Assembly (NCBI GenBank): GCA_040954595.2
Contig: CM082598.2
Span: forward strand, 1,054,001 to 1,118,000
DNA from: Balanoglossus misakiensis
Taxonomy: Eukaryota; Animalia; Hemichordata
Length of the DNA stretch: 64,000 nucleotides
Direction: 5' to 3'
The notes under the pieces are model-generated. The model was given only the letters and a program-made list of their open reading frames with translations. It was not told the origin of the DNA and did not search any database. Shown one piece after another: positions 26,103 through 40,838 of the stretch. Position numbers and translations under genes: made by a program. The stretch's first letter is position 1. Each line of letters begins with the position of its first letter.

Positions 26103-29100
26103 TTTTCAGGGAAAACCGTGTACGCCTACTCCTGAAACTACACGGTTGGTATTATTATGCAATATGGAAACGTTTTCAAGCATTATTTAACGGTATCCAG
26201 TCTTACTAGTAAGGAGTTATAGCTTTGCCATAAACGGTCAGAGTCATTCAAGTGAAACCGTGGATCCCAGCTGAAGGCGCTGAATAAAAGGTGTCCATGA
26301 TCTCATTATAGTTCAACCAACAGTATTATATTCACATGAAAGTAACCTTGGCATGGTGCTTAAATTCACCATTTACTATTCTAAGTAATTGCTAACGAAC
26401 ATAACGGGTACTGACTGCAATCAATTAGCAGTAATTGCCAAATTAGTAATTAACCGAGGATCTACGCGGCCTCGTTCTGGCAGTAACTGCCACCTGAATT
26501 ACGCGGCCGACAATTTTTCCAAGTTATTGGTATTTCTGGCATAAAGGGGGTGAAAGGCTTAAGAATGTCCTTCTGTTTCTATCTGAAAGAAAACTCATAA
26601 TAGATGATATTGGCTAAAGTAATGATGCGCCTACATTATAGTAGGGTACAGTTTGAAAACAGATCGGCGCTGGTCGCATGTGTTTAAAGACGAAAACCAA
26701 GACTGAAGTTATTTATGTACTTGTTGATACGAGCGCAGGACGCGTATACGTACATCTACTCACGATTTTTCCCCGAACTGTCAAGCGAACACGACATTTA
26801 TCTCATTTATTGTAACGTTCGCTTTTTAATTTAGCAAGAATTGAAAGGTCGGGGGATTATCATTTTTCTGAAAATCTATCCCGGAGGCCAATACTAAGCA
26901 ATCAGATCACAATCAATTTTACTGATGTGGATTTATGCTATTCAAGCAAAAGTTAAATTTAAGGAGTTGATGCAATTATTGTTTCGAGTAGGTCAAAGTA
27001 CCGTTTCGGTTAAACGACAAAACAGAACAACAAGGTGGTAAACAACGGAAACATAAATCAGTCTACAGGTGGAAGCTTATAATCATTCCACGTAGAAATA
27101 TGTCCACGGGGAGTTCTTGGTTTATCCCTTTCACTACCATAACGCAAGTCAACATAATATGACGTCACATATCACATACCAATGGTCAAGAGGCTATTTT
27201 GAATGCCAATTTTGGATTTGTAAACATTGTTAAATGACTTTTGTACAACTGTTTTATTTATTTAATCGTGACACGTATACATTGGGGTCTGCATATTTAC
27301 ATTGAAACAGACTTCCAAGCTACTCAGGATTTTGTCAATTAAAGCAATCTCTACTCCATGACTACATGGAAAAGAATAAATAATGAGCGTTTGATGATCT
27401 GATTTTTTTTCTGCCTACACATCTGATCGTCATATAGGTAAGAAAATTTCCATTTTAAGCTAAAAGTTGACAGCCACGGGTTCGTAAGCACGTGATAAAT
27501 TTTAAGAGGGCGAAGGTCATGTGACATGATGACGGATCCGTCGGTCGTATCTGAAGTCCAAACACGCACCTTGTGTAATTTATGTGACGCCCACTTTTTT
27601 TACACAGACCCTCTAAGATATATATATATGGATTCTGTAACTTTCTATCGAAATCAGTAACATCAAAACTGGACGTCAGATTCTTAAAAATATTTCGAGA
27701 CGCATAAATAACTTTTGATGCCAGCCTCGAACCGTTTATACTACGCCTAGAAAGGATAAAAATCCAGAAATGTCTGTGTACCTAATCTTTTAGTTGGTGT
27801 TTCACATTTTGAGTTCTTTTATGCTGTTTCACGACTGGGCGAGGCAGATTTTACGCTTACACACTGCGCGCATAATACATATGAACTCAGGTGGAATTAA
27901 CTTCTACCACCCTTGGTGGACCACGGACGTCCAACTGGACGGTCGTTTCCTCTCGCGCTCAGTAGAAGGGCTTCTACACAGTGGGGGAGGGGCTGTTATT
28001 CAATGGATAGACCACAGGACAGTGTCATTACTGATATAATGAGTTTTTCAAAACTCCTGACATTTTAAAGGTTGCCTTTTAATTAGCAGGCGTAGCCAAA
28101 AGATGAAACCTTTGATGATGTGAAATGGATATCGTCATGACAACAGTACTGTTTGACAAGTCATCGTCAATGACATAGTCCAAGTTGGAAAAAGTTACAG
28201 CAACATTGTGCATGGAAACTGGATTCAAACTATCAGCTATTCTGGATCATAGCTGATGCAACTGAAATCCATGTGGATGTTTGAATTGGCAAATAACATC
28301 ACATAAAAATGCTAAGCATGAGTGGAAAAAGACATATTACATGTGGCTGACACTGACAACTTCATCAAAAATAATATCCCCTCAACTTCCAAGTACGAAA
28401 ACCAATAAACGACTGCAGTGGATAATCCTCTTGAATACTGCTAAAACTTTATTTGTAAAATGGATCTGTTACAGTAATTATACCTTGTGGGTATATTATA
28501 ACTTATGTGTATGTATAGAAATCATTTCATAATATGATTTTATTTAAATGCGAGAAAATCAACACTCCTAAAGACATGCAAATGCAAGCCAGTTGCAAGT
28601 ATTCTGCTCATTTGTATAAATCAAGGTCAAGTTTAGGGCAGCCTTTTCTCCAATCACATCCATGGAACATCCATGTGCATGGCAAATGACTGACACAGTA
28701 CGTACAATACAACACACGGCAAATAAGTAGTACTTGATCGATGCACATCAAAAATAAAGTGATATATTCTGGTATAATGCATCACTAATTTCCAACTCAT
28801 CTATCACCATGGCAACATCCATCTCAGCTATATTTGAAGATTGACAGGACATGTCTTTGCCCGATGTGTGAATAAGAGTGATCAAACATCTGATATCAGA
28901 CAAATTGACTCACAATAATGTGAAATAAAGTGCATTTGTTCATGATTTGTTCCTTTGGAAGAAATCACAAAGGATCTATGAGTATGAAAGCAGTATTGTA
29001 CCTTTTTTTAAATAAAATATTCTCTGATACATGTAAAAATTGAAGCCAGGATTCAAAGTCTGGACTATGGTCCTTTAAATCTGTAGTACCGGTAAATGCC

Positions 29101-30230
29101 TAACTACAATTATCATCGTCATTTTGTAATCTTTAAGATTCCAACCATGATGATGCAGATGCAAGCCTAAATTTGTAAGCACTGTAAAACAGCGATCCAG
29201 TCCAACAAATCTTTTTCTTTTGGCACAAATTGGTGCACACTCTCGCACATTGCACCTCACCAGTACTTTCAATTTATAAATTCCAACTTTTTCAGTTTCC
29301 TCTTTCTCCATACAGCAAAATCTTTTGTTACGGCCATATACATTGCAATGTAATCGTCTAAGAAGCCTAAAATTGTCAAAAATAGATTTTGAATGCTGAA
29401 GTCCACAGAGAGATACTAGGCCCCATGGAACCAAATCTATCTGCTGCCAGTAAAAACCAGTGAAAAAATAATGTGCTTTTATATCTACCTGAAAATCACT
29501 GTTTAAAGGGACATTAGACAACAAAAGGACAACAGAAAAATGACTGTACTGGTTTAAGATTACCAATAACAACTCCCGAATAAAGTAATGTCAGAATAAT
29601 CTTCTAGTTATATGTCAAGAAAGAGAGGTATGTTAGCCATAACAGAAGAAATATTTCAGATCTGAAAATCTAGACTACCTGAAAGATTAACTGATTACTG
29701 TGTGTGCAACAAATCCAAAACTACAATGATGTTAATTATCCCCCACTTAGGTAGTAAAAATCATTTAAAGTAATGAGAATTATCTGATTCCTGTCTACAG
29801 TATTGGTGGCCATTATTAAACCAGTGAAGTCTCCATCTATCTATAAAGGCAAGTTTAGGAAAGTCCCTTGACTGACCAGTATAGACAGGTTTGACTGTAC
29901 AAATGTACACCAAACCAGAGTTAATGTGTTAATAATTTACACCATGGGGTTAAATCTTCATTTCTGAAATATCCGCAATAACATTTTGTAAATAGTTTTA
30001 TTGCACTCATTAAGGTGGCAATGCAGGCAACTGTTGCATTTTCTTCTAAGCCATACTTCTCATCAAATGAGCATACCACATATTTATGGGGAGCTGAGAA
30101 TCACAAATTTTAGATTATTCTATCCAGATTATACGGTTCCAAGTACATTTTGAATTTTCACAAACAGCACCAAGTACACTTTGACGTCTGAAAAGCTAAG
30201 AAGGATATCAACTTGCCTTACGAAGAAATA

Positions 30231-30296
30231 TTAAGTGAACACCCTTACTATAGAAAACAATGGGTTTGGACTGAACCATGGTGGTGACAGGGTTAA
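30231..30296 (-). mobile_element. Partial copy of the ~90-bp piggyBac-type MITE
   Basis: TAGAAAACAATGGGTTTGGACTGAACCATGGTGGTGACAGGGTTAA is the reverse complement of the family's left end. Confidence 0.55.
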
Positions 30297-30466
30297 GATA
30301 GATTAAACATGTGCCTGTTTTATCTGTAACAATGAAACGGAGACAAGAAGAATGGCTTGGTTGGCATGGTAATCAATATTGTTATATCCTTTTTCCACAC
30401 AATCAGCTGTAGATGGCGCTATTTGGAAATCTCGAAAGTCACACTTATCCAAAATGGCCGCCAATT

Positions 30467-30984
30467 TCACTTTGCACGGTACGAGTACGCAGGAGGCGGA
30501 TCTTCTGATGGAGTGTTGGCGGGAAACTTTATAGCATCCTGTAGAGCAGAAATGAAAACATATTTTGCAATTCACTATAGAGAAATTTAAAAATGGACTT
30601 GTAATCCTAAGATATTGAAGAATTCAGATTTTAAAATAATTCAAAAGCATTCAGATTTGTTTGATTTGCGTAGGAAATCAAAAATCAAAAGCAAAGACAG
30701 ACAGGCACTGATACAGACAGACAGACAGAGATAAAGTAAGACATTTAAAAATATGACTTGCCTCATATGCTGGTGGTGTAAGCTGAAAAAAAGAAGAAAA
30801 TTATTAGATAATTGAAGTAGTAGTCATAAATATTAAAACTGTTTCTCTGAATAAAATCTTCTGGAAAAATTCTGAGATAGTTTCTTCAAAGTAAGTGATA
30901 ACTTTCACATTCAAAACATGATGGTGAGTGCCTGAATATAACTTATACAATGCCTACATAAACAAGACAAAATAATAATAATTT

Positions 30985-31017
<33 letters not shown>

Positions 31018-33351
31018 TTATTTACAAAGCAGCAATCTCCACAAAAAAGAGATCACAGCCACTGAAAGATACCTTACAATAAAAAGAATAACAAAAATAT
31101 ATATATATAGAACGGAAAGAATAAAAACAAACATCACAAAAAAAAATCTAATCAAAACAGTAAGCCAACTTAAAAAGGTGAGCCTTAAGCATGCGTTTAA
31201 AAAAAAAAAACTAAAATTGTTACAAGAACGAATATTCACTGGAAGCTTGTTCCATTTTTAACTTTTTCAAATAATTTGAATAGTCTCATACTGACCTACA
31301 CAATTGGAAAGACGTCTTGGTGAAATGAGCGACAAAATGTCCAAAAACCGGTGTTTTATACAAAAAGTTGAAAATCCCAATAGGTGCTCTTACTGCATTT
31401 TCTTCTCAGCACTAACAAGACTTTCAATGCCATGCACAAAATAAGCTTTCCCTTTCGATTCAAGCTTGACATAGCTCATGCAGAAGCGTAGCAAAGGGTC
31501 AAATGCATGCATGGTGAAAAGCGCGATTGACGGCCAATGAGTTGTGTGCCCAAAATTCAAACCTCTTGTTTGAATCTGGTGTTTTGTGGATGTGCATTTT
31601 ACAAAACAACTTTTAAATGAAGACAGTGAGTTGCAGAAATAAAACACAAACTGCATTCCAGCCAATGTTTTGATTCAGACAACTCTTCACAACACATACA
31701 GACCACATCAAGTGTTCTTTGCAATCAACTAACACTATGCTGGCCAAAAAATGACAGTTTCGGGAATTGAAGTTTACTGTCAATTATCAAACTCTTTATC
31801 CTGTAAAAGAATATATTTTCTGAAAGCCCAGATATTGACGAATCGTGTACAGTGTACTCACCACCGCTTGGGGCTGTATTGGATACTCTGTTGAACCCAT
31901 CGAGCCGTAGAAATTATCCGACGATTCATCGTGAATCACCGCGTAGCCTTGTCGGGCGTACGACCGCCTCCGATAGCAACAACAACATCCGCATGATATG
32001 ACCAGGAGAACAAACAGAATCAACCAGAACCCTGTAAAGAAGGCAGAGTCATGTCAGTTGTGTCAACTATAGAATGTGGCATCTTTGCTGATGCAAAGCA
32101 CGAGATTTGAGTGCCCTACATAGCACATGCCATGTTATGCCATAGAATTGCACACTCCAGATACATGACAAATACAGTCAGCATACTATACTACCAGCTG
32201 ATCAGAATATTGAAGGACACATTTCTAGACCCTCACTGCTACCACTAAACTGTACTTACATGATAATGCTATGACGGACGACACATTACAACATGTAATA
32301 TCATCATGGTGACAACAATGTGGTTGGTTGATAGCACAACAATATTCAGAGTCGTCACAGAACCTGATCCCACACTGTATTGCCTGTAATTAGAACAGAA
32401 ATCAGGAAAGGATACTGATTACTCAAATTGGAATTACAACTGATTTGGGATACAACAGGTGAGAGAGAGAAGGTTAGGGGGAGGGTAGATGGGAAGGGTA
32501 GGGCTGGTGGACGTACGTAGTCCATGTTCTGTCCTTATCTTTGTGAACTTTATGCTGGGACTTCATCACAGATCAAGTCTAAGCTTAACACTGCGATAAT
32601 AATGTTTTAGCCATGTATTACTTTAGCTGACTGACACTGTTGTTTCTGCAGCCTGATTTAGCCTATGTTATTTGTTGATGTACGTTGTGTTGTTGTTTAT
32701 GTACTTGCATACTATTGGCCTTGGGTAGAGCCCACAGGTGACCTACATGGAAAGTTAGATGTTCAGATCTCTACTGTACATGAGAAATACAGTACACTCA
32801 CTGTATTCATACGTACAGAGCTGTGACACTAGTTTATAAGAACAAAACAAAAGCAGTTGACATTGTTGTTACAAGAGTGCGCCATGACAAGTTCACGTCT
32901 GTCGACATGTGGCCATTTTGGGTACAGCTTTAGTACACATCCCACCACACACGGTATAACTAGGTCATTCAACACGTTTTCATATACATGTACTAGTAGT
33001 ATGTGTATGGCACGATTTATAGGGCCTTAAGAAACAAATACGACTTCCTTATGGAAGTACAATTAAACCAAATCCCTAATTTCGGACGACGTCTTAGCTT
33101 TGACCTCCATCTGACTTGTTGCGGAAGTGGGTGTTACGCAAAATGTTCCCCTGTGAGTCGACCAACCCAGCCTTTCAAGGTGATGAACGACACCACCTCA
33201 AGCCAAGGTGACGCCATTTTTGAAACTAAAGTGTTCTCACATCATCTGCCATCGAAAATGACAGTTTTCAAACACGGTATCTATGTCTTACCTGGGCGAA
33301 GTCGAAAAAACTGACAGTGACGAATGTAAGTAACGTAATAACAGCGTCCAT
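30467..33351 (-). CDS. WBP1/VOPP1-like single-pass membrane adaptor with PPxY motifs, 148 aa
   Basis: Exons 33292-33351 (signal peptide), 32260-32383 (Cys-rich C..C....CC......CC......CC), 31862-32031 (WFWLILFVLLVISCGCCCCYRRR: TM, Cys cluster, basic stop-transfer), 30762-30782 (LTPPAYE, GC donor), 30467-30538 (PPPAYSYRAK*). Phases consistent. Confidence 0.85.
30971..31017. repeat. (AAT)n microsatellite
   Basis: Interrupted AAT run within a WBP1-like intron. Confidence 0.9.
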
Positions 33352-34808
33352 CTTGTATAATAATACAAGGTCGTCACTAGGCGGCGCTGTTGCTGGGTCA
33401 GTTATGACGACAAAAGGGCGTGGTCGCACTCCAGAGAAAGCGATCTTTCGTGCTTATTTCTCAAAGTTTCTAAGTACCTCTGTTCGGGGATTTGTAAATA
33501 AAAACCACCCTTTTTGAGAAGCATGCGAGTAAATTGACCAAAGCCACCCCATATAGATGTAAGTCACAATACAGTCAGGCGTACCATGTTGAAATGAAAT
33601 AAATCTTGCAAACTAAAACAAACAAAAATATACTGATGTCACCAATGAAACTCATGGCTGTTGATAAGGCGCTGACATAATATATAATCAATTTGTTTCC
33701 TTGCGTTGTTGTTGTTGTAAATAAAAACAATCACACTCAAATGTTGTTTTTTAATTCATTTATTTGTAGGAAGTATAAAACTTATGAACATTTACCCTTC
33801 AGTATGCTTGAAATAAAAACGACTTCTCCAGTACAAAACGCCGAGATAAGTAAGAAAAATAGGTTACATATCAGCAAATATTATAGTTCGAAATCTATCC
33901 CCATCAAAATGATCCCAAATATGTCGTATTCATCGATTTACACAACTCAATTATGTAACGTGTTTCCTGATTGGCTAATCGTACGCCAGGTTTGTGATGA
34001 ATCGTCTTTGTTCCGACAGGCAGTGTTAGTTGCACAGAAAGTTTTCAGACACTATTTCATTTATCAAGTACAAAATCCTTTGTGTCCCCTTAGAGAGCTT
34101 TCATTTATAACGGAGAGGGTCAGCCGCTGAAGGAATCGGGAGAGGGTTACATGAAGATCGAGCCCATGGTTTTATGGGGACGGTTGTCACATGGGAGCGC
34201 AACCAACCTATGTACTGATGCCGGATTGTCCCTGAGAGTTCACATTGAAACAAAAACTTTTTTTACATAGAAATGGCGTTTCCGAGAACCGTCTTTACAA
34301 ATCCAGGAAGTTCCCATGATGTTAGCAGGACAACAGATCCAGCAAACCCAGATGGCTTTGATCTGTGGTCAAAGGTCAACTGTTCCAGGAAGCATACTGG
34401 GCATGCGCAGGGTAAGGGTTTGCCGGGGAAGCATTCCTCGTCATCACGTGACTGTGCTCATCATCTGCAGAGATAAGAAGCAGAAACACAATTAGAAACT
34501 TTAAGGGGTTACCGTTCAAGAAGTTGAATGGAAAAGCGAGCCAAGTTGGCTCAAATTTGAAATTCAAAATGGCCGCCAATCTCTATCTATGGAGAAAATA
34601 TAAAGCAGTGATTTTATGAAAACAAGACGGTAAACACCCCGTTTTCTTCTTTGAAAAGACTTCTTATGTAATTTAATATAGTAAAGGGTTAGAGGACTAT
34701 CACTTTGCTAACAACACGAGGCGCGTACATACAATTCCTTGAGCGAAGAGACACTGGTCGTATCAATACAACTTCAATGTACATGACTACCTTTTGTTTA
34801 TGAAGTGT

Positions 34809-37800
34809 TTACTCCTCTTGGACAACAGCGTCGCCGTTAGCAACGCCGTTGGCAAGACCATTACCGTTGACGATGATACCATTCTTAGCGGGTGCATCAC
34901 CATCATTGGCGTTCACAGTGGCAACTTTACGCAGTACCCAAAACTGATGGGTATCGATGTCCTTGGACAGTGCCTGAAATGACAGTACACGTGTTATGAG
35001 AACCATGTGTTATTTTCCCGCTAAATTAACTATATACTACACATCACACAATAAACAGCATTTATTTCTTTTGTGACTGCGACTGTTATCTGAATGCGAG
35101 TTAGTATGCATGTGTGTTTGCGAGTATACGAATGTTCATGTCTGTCTGTATGTGTGTGTATGTGTGTATGTATGAATGTGTAGCAACTGCGCGAACTATG
35201 TTTTGAATAATTTTCTAGACATTTTGCTCCTGTTGAAGTGGAAATCCAGTCCGACCTGGCAGTCATGTCCATGGCAACAGAAACTCGCCTTTTTGACGCA
35301 GTTAAAAACAGTTTTCGAATTCGAAAGCCATCAATCACTTTGTTGAATCCTGGACAGGATTCATTACCGTTCGATATCCCTGTCATATATATGGTTATAT
35401 TGAAATCTGGTTTGAACGTATTATTCTTCTCAACTGTTTTCTGCGATTAGATAATCATAGAAATGAATGCTATTGTGTCAAACGCAACATTTGCAAAACA
35501 TTTGGAACGTCATGTTTGTACACACGGAATTACGCACATGCGCATGAGACAATCGACTGACTTCTGCTTGCGCTTCGTCTGACCTATTAACAAAAACGAT
35601 TATTTCATGGACACTTCATGGCTAGGCAGGTCGACACTCCAATTTCCACTTGACAGGCAATGCGCGAGTGTTACAGCCGTGTGTTTTTGTGTGTGTTGAT
35701 CGATCAAACGAAAATGAAAACGATTAGTTACAGGACCCACCTATGACCAGAGTGGCACGCTGCGACAGCCAGCACCCCAAACCCGGTCATCCAATCAGCG
35801 ATCAGTTGGATGAATCTTAAGATGTATCAATAAGTGTGCGAATGCGAAGTTAAAGGAATGATTGTAAGGTCAAGAGATCAAGAGGTGTTCAGAAGGTGAG
35901 GACAGCTCGAAGCTTTTTATCACTCTATAAAAGAGGAATCATGACAAAAAAACTAATTTCAAAGACGATTCCATCATAGACAACAAGCAAACACCCATAA
36001 AGAGTGAAAAACTATCACCAGAAACTCTAAAAACCTTGATGAGGAAATGACCGACGCCATTTTAACGAATTTTATACAATTCAACAGGCGAAGGCCATAG
36101 AAAGGCCAAGCAACTATAACCGTTTTTCAGTAATTTTATTTCAGTAAGTTTTTCGGCATTGTATAGTTTTGTTGGGGCAGACCTAACACAAAACTTTTAA
36201 TGATTACCACGGTATGAAAGTCACAAGAAACGGAAATTTTCAAAGTGCTGGAGAACACAAGAACAGAGTAACGAGAAGACAATCAAGTTACTTCAACTGA
36301 ACGGAAATTTCGCTTGTGATACATGCAACTCCATGATGTCTTAGATCGAATTAACCTTATGTAGATTCAGATTCTATTCAGATTCAAAGTCAGAATATGA
36401 ATCAGAAACATTCTGTAACAGGAGGTACATGACATGTATACGGTAAAACCAGACATTCATGGACTGACTTGTCCAATAAACATTTCATTTCTGACATATT
36501 CAGCGCATTATTTTCCTTATTTGTTTTGAGAAACTTTGCTGTTACTGGACATTATTATTTGAAGCATATATTTTTGTTCATGGCCACTCTTTGGCTAGAT
36601 GGCACAAGGGCCGTTTAGACAATTTGTGAGATACCTACTCTGCACAAGATTTATCGACAGCAATTGTAAAGAGACGAAATTTATCACACGAATACGTGAA
36701 ACTACATATTGTGAGTCAAAGATATAAGACATAAAATTCAAACTAGATTCTCACCTTCTTGACACATTCCACAGATCCCGATTTCAGAATTTCCAGAGAG
36801 TGTGCAATCTTTTCGTTCTCCTCTGAAGGTTTTTTGACTGTGTTGAAAATCTCAACGTAAAAGGAAGGGTGTCGGTAAAGGCTGGCATTGGACTTAGGTG
36901 GGCCTGGCAAGTCTCTCTCATCTAGTAGAAAACAAAACAAACGTGGCCCGTTTAAGTCAACTTATTATTATTTTTTACAAAATTTAACTTTTTTTTCAGA
37001 TTTTTGTCAAATTTTGATCAAGAAATGTTCCTTTTGGCTTATATCTCACCTTTTGCCGATTCCCTGAAGAAGACATAGCCATCATCTTTGACCCATGATA
37101 TGGCCTTAGCAACCACTTGACGACACTCTGGTTCATCTAAATATTGCAGCAGGAAATTGGAAAAGACCAAATCATATCTGTGGAACAAAGGTAAAAGTTC
37201 AGAGATCATGTACGAGTGTTAACATACACTTCAACAATCCACACCAACAACATTTATGGACGCGCATTCGAAATAATGGCAGCTCAAATACTGAGCATAG
37301 TGGCAGCTCCCTAAGTTATCAATACAAGCCTATTTTAAACAAGGCCTCCAAGATGAAATAACATTGGTTGTTTTGAACACATGACGGTAGTTTACTTTAA
37401 GTGCCAACCGACTTCTTAAGAAGTTGATTTTGAGGGCTGATGTTGGTGAAATGTGCCAGTATTTCATTCACACTTAAATGACACATCTTGTATCGTGTTT
37501 TGAGTGAAACCAAAAACATACTTTTTAGTAGGAACTTCAAGTTTTGACGCATCAGAAGTGATGAAGTCGATGTTTCCCATATGGGCGTTGTTTTCTCTGT
37601 TTTCTTCGGTGAATTTTTCGATGAGGTCGACGGCTGTCACGTGACCAGCAGTTTTTGCAAGGGCTGCTGTAACTCTCCTGAAATAGAAATTAAGAGTCAC
37701 AAGTTAACCAGGGGTGCGTGATAAAAAAGAATACACATGTATAAAACATCATAAATACATCGAGTTAACTTTACCCGATTCCTGCTCCAAGTTCCAGAAT

Positions 37801-37956
37801 TGTCTTGTCTTTGATTGGAGGTATAATGGAAAGCAATTCAGGAATTTCCAGTCTTGTCATTTCCTCTGCGCAGGCGTAGTTCAAAACTTTTCTGATCCCA
37901 TCACAGTGATTTGCGCGGCTCTCCCAGTAATCAACACGGCGAGCAGACTGATCCAT
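34809..37956 (-). CDS. Class I SAM methyltransferase, phosphoethanolamine N-methyltransferase (PMT/PEAMT) N-terminal-domain-like, 265 aa
   Basis: Exons 37775-37956, 37522-37677, 37050-37177, 36755-36921, 34809-34973. Motifs ILELGAGIGRVT, VTAVDLIEKF, YDLVFSNFLLQYL, WVKDDGYVFFRES match PEAMT domain 1. Confidence 0.85.
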
Positions 37957-38757
37957 TTCTAAAATTATAATAATAAAATCCGTTACGGATTCATCGGTTG
38001 TGATTCATCATATGAAGCATCACTTCTCCATACGAAGTGATACATTGCGTGCATCCCGACACTTGCCCCCCCCCCCAAAAAAAAAAAAACACTCAGAATT
38101 TACACGTAATACCACGCATGGAATTTATGATAAGGAAACTTGGATATTGATTGTTGAGCAAAGACGTTCACAGATAATGCGGCCCATATTTAATCTAAAC
38201 TTTCCAAACTGTCGTTTTCAGGGTGGACGGCGAATGAAAAACTCGACAGGTAATCTATCAAAAACGTGCATGGAAAACGTGAGTCAGATGACAGAAATTA
38301 ATTTTGCATTCTGTGTAATACACGTTCTTGTCGACGGATACACTTTTTCGTCGCGGAAGCATACAGTCTGTAAAATGCCCCACTATGCAGATTCACATTG
38401 ACACAGATCAATCCTCGAAACGTCACACCTCTCTTCAATACAAATAGCACTGTGATGATAATTTTATTAATCGGCGGATTTATTTTGGTTACCTAGGTAT
38501 TTCTGAAGGCCATATACTAATATTCTTAAAATTGTTTACCTCTGCTAGACACATTAAGCAAGTTTGGAAACATTTGAACGCTAGACATTTTGCGTGTCGT
38601 TTGATTTTTTTACGGTAAACAAGAGAATCTGCATGGTTGCACCTGTCACCACAAGACGCGTTGCCTATGGAAGGGATATCGATTTTTTCAATGGCCACTA
38701 CAAAAGAAGACTACACGTTACGTAACCGCCATGCTATGACTACCCAGCTACTAATTA

Positions 38758-38949
38758 GGGGCGAACCATTTGATTTCTGGGGGGTGGAGGGTTTGGGTGT
38801 GTCAGCTACATTTTTTCAGCCACTGTTACAGCAATTTTTTCTCTATTACCAGACCTCTTTTCCCATCAAGGTATTGCAGAAGACTGTTTTCCCCTCCGCA
38901 ACGCCGATCTCCTAACCATTTCCCCCCAAAATCCTCCTAGATTCTCCCC
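38758..38949. mobile_element. Degenerate PIF/Harbinger-like MITE
   Basis: GGGCGAACCATTTGATTTCTGGGGG matches the TIR of the 40839 element; the right end is eroded. Confidence 0.45.
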
Positions 38950-40838
38950 AACTATTCATAGAATTTGAAGCACGCACAACATGCACAGACATAGATTGTT
39001 CACGAAAGGCAACCCCAAAATGGAAGAAAGCAAAAGTATCCGACGCGAACTCACTCAGTGGTCACACTTTTTTTCGCCCACATGTTCAGATTTCGCAAGA
39101 GAGAAGTGATAGTTTTAACTGTATCATCTCTCAGCGTGGATGTTTACCCGGCGTTGTAGACTAAAGGTGTTGAGTTTTCACTGATACGATTATGACAACG
39201 ACCATGCTCCGCTATGTAAACGGAAACCTCACTAATCAGAACACGTTTTAAGCCATAAGTGACAATATAAATAGAATATTACCTGTGTATTAAGAAAAAC
39301 TCTCTGTTACGGACTGTTATCGAAGGTGATCTGATAGATACGCTTCCCTGCACGTAATTGTTGTGTGGTTACCGTTCGCGCGTTGAAGACACTGAGTCTT
39401 TGTGATGTACTATAGCATTCCAAGGAGTTTGGGTGTGATCCAACGCCACGCGGTTTCCACGAGAGGGGGGGGGGGGGGGTCACGTGACCTCGACCAACAG
39501 TCTGCCTGGCTGCATCTGTCTATGCTAAGTACATGTACACGTAGCTTGAACTCCCAAAATAGCAGCTGACACGTGTGATGAATTTCAAGTAACACATCCC
39601 AACCCAACATATGATGGTGTGAACGTTTTCCTCAACCCAAAACACACCCTACCTAATATCTGCAAAGTGACACTTTACTAACAAATGTGTTGTGGGTATA
39701 CTTTCGCAATGTCGGACATGGGTTAGGATCATGGTAGAATTAAAATGACCAATCTGGATACAGGCCCAACAACATCCATCTTTTTCTATGTTTCTCATAA
39801 ATGAATCATATTGGATACTGGTCTCCACGTTGACAAATGCCCCCCCCCCCCGCCCTCGGGCAAAAAGTGATGACGTAACTAAATGGGTGGCGTGTTCAAG
39901 CATCAAGTAACACAATTACACAAAACAAAAAAAGACAATAAACTCGACTGTTAAGTTTGTATTTATGCATCCGCAAGAATACTCCCGCTTACCTCCAGGC
40001 AGAAATTTGAACCCTGGTAACAGTGTTGCGCTCACACGTTACATAGAGGTCAATGACCGATGATTTACGACGGCCATCAGTCGAGCATTTTCTTTCGCTG
40101 CGTAAATGTGGCCACAGACCAAATGTACTGCCCTAGCCTACAGCAAAAGATTCCATCCACGACCAGGTCCTACAGACGGAATTTACGTAACACTACCTCC
40201 CAAAAGTAAAACCGAACTGAAAACAGACTGAACACTTATGTTCATTAGTATTGTACAAGAACGATTTAACAACATGTAAAACTACTGACATGGGAAGTAG
40301 TATTTTTATTCCGTAATAATCATAACGATGAAGACCGATTTTAACAATCCAAAACGTTGATTTCAAGAATTGCAAAATTACTGACGTGGAATGGAAAAGA
40401 ATACGTGTTTGTTACGTAACAGTCATATTGATGAACGTTCAAGGCCGAACTGTGGTCCATTACGCAAGGAATGCAAAAATGCATGCATGACAGTAGTCTA
40501 TTATCCAGCCGAGTGTTGCCAGCGAACAAAACACGCATTGACACAAGACTACAGTGGCAGTTACATTCCAAACTCTGATGCCAACAGTATGTGAGATCAA
40601 TGCCACTAAGAAATCACGAAAAAGATACAGAAGAAACACCATCCGCGTTGCCATTTTTTTTTTCATTTACGTTGTCCACGTGCTCGCATTATATCATAGA
40701 CCCTGATTTCCTGAGATAAACCTTGTGAGAGCTTTGCGAAACTGTCTTACTATGCCTCTTTCCGTTCTCACTTGCGGTGGGTTCAGTTTCACCGCATGAG
40801 GATGTGCATACAACAGACAATTTTGCATCCACATCTAA

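Noticed and set aside
29075-29572. 165-aa minus-strand ORF
   Set aside because: Non-ATG start, no recognisable motifs, and it lies in the probable 3'UTR/downstream region of the WBP1-like gene.
34376-34466. Extra coding exon for the PMT-like gene (good acceptor near 34466)
   Set aside because: The upstream exon already ends in TAA, and splicing from the GA|GTAAAC donor gives an immediate TGA. At most a 3'UTR exon.
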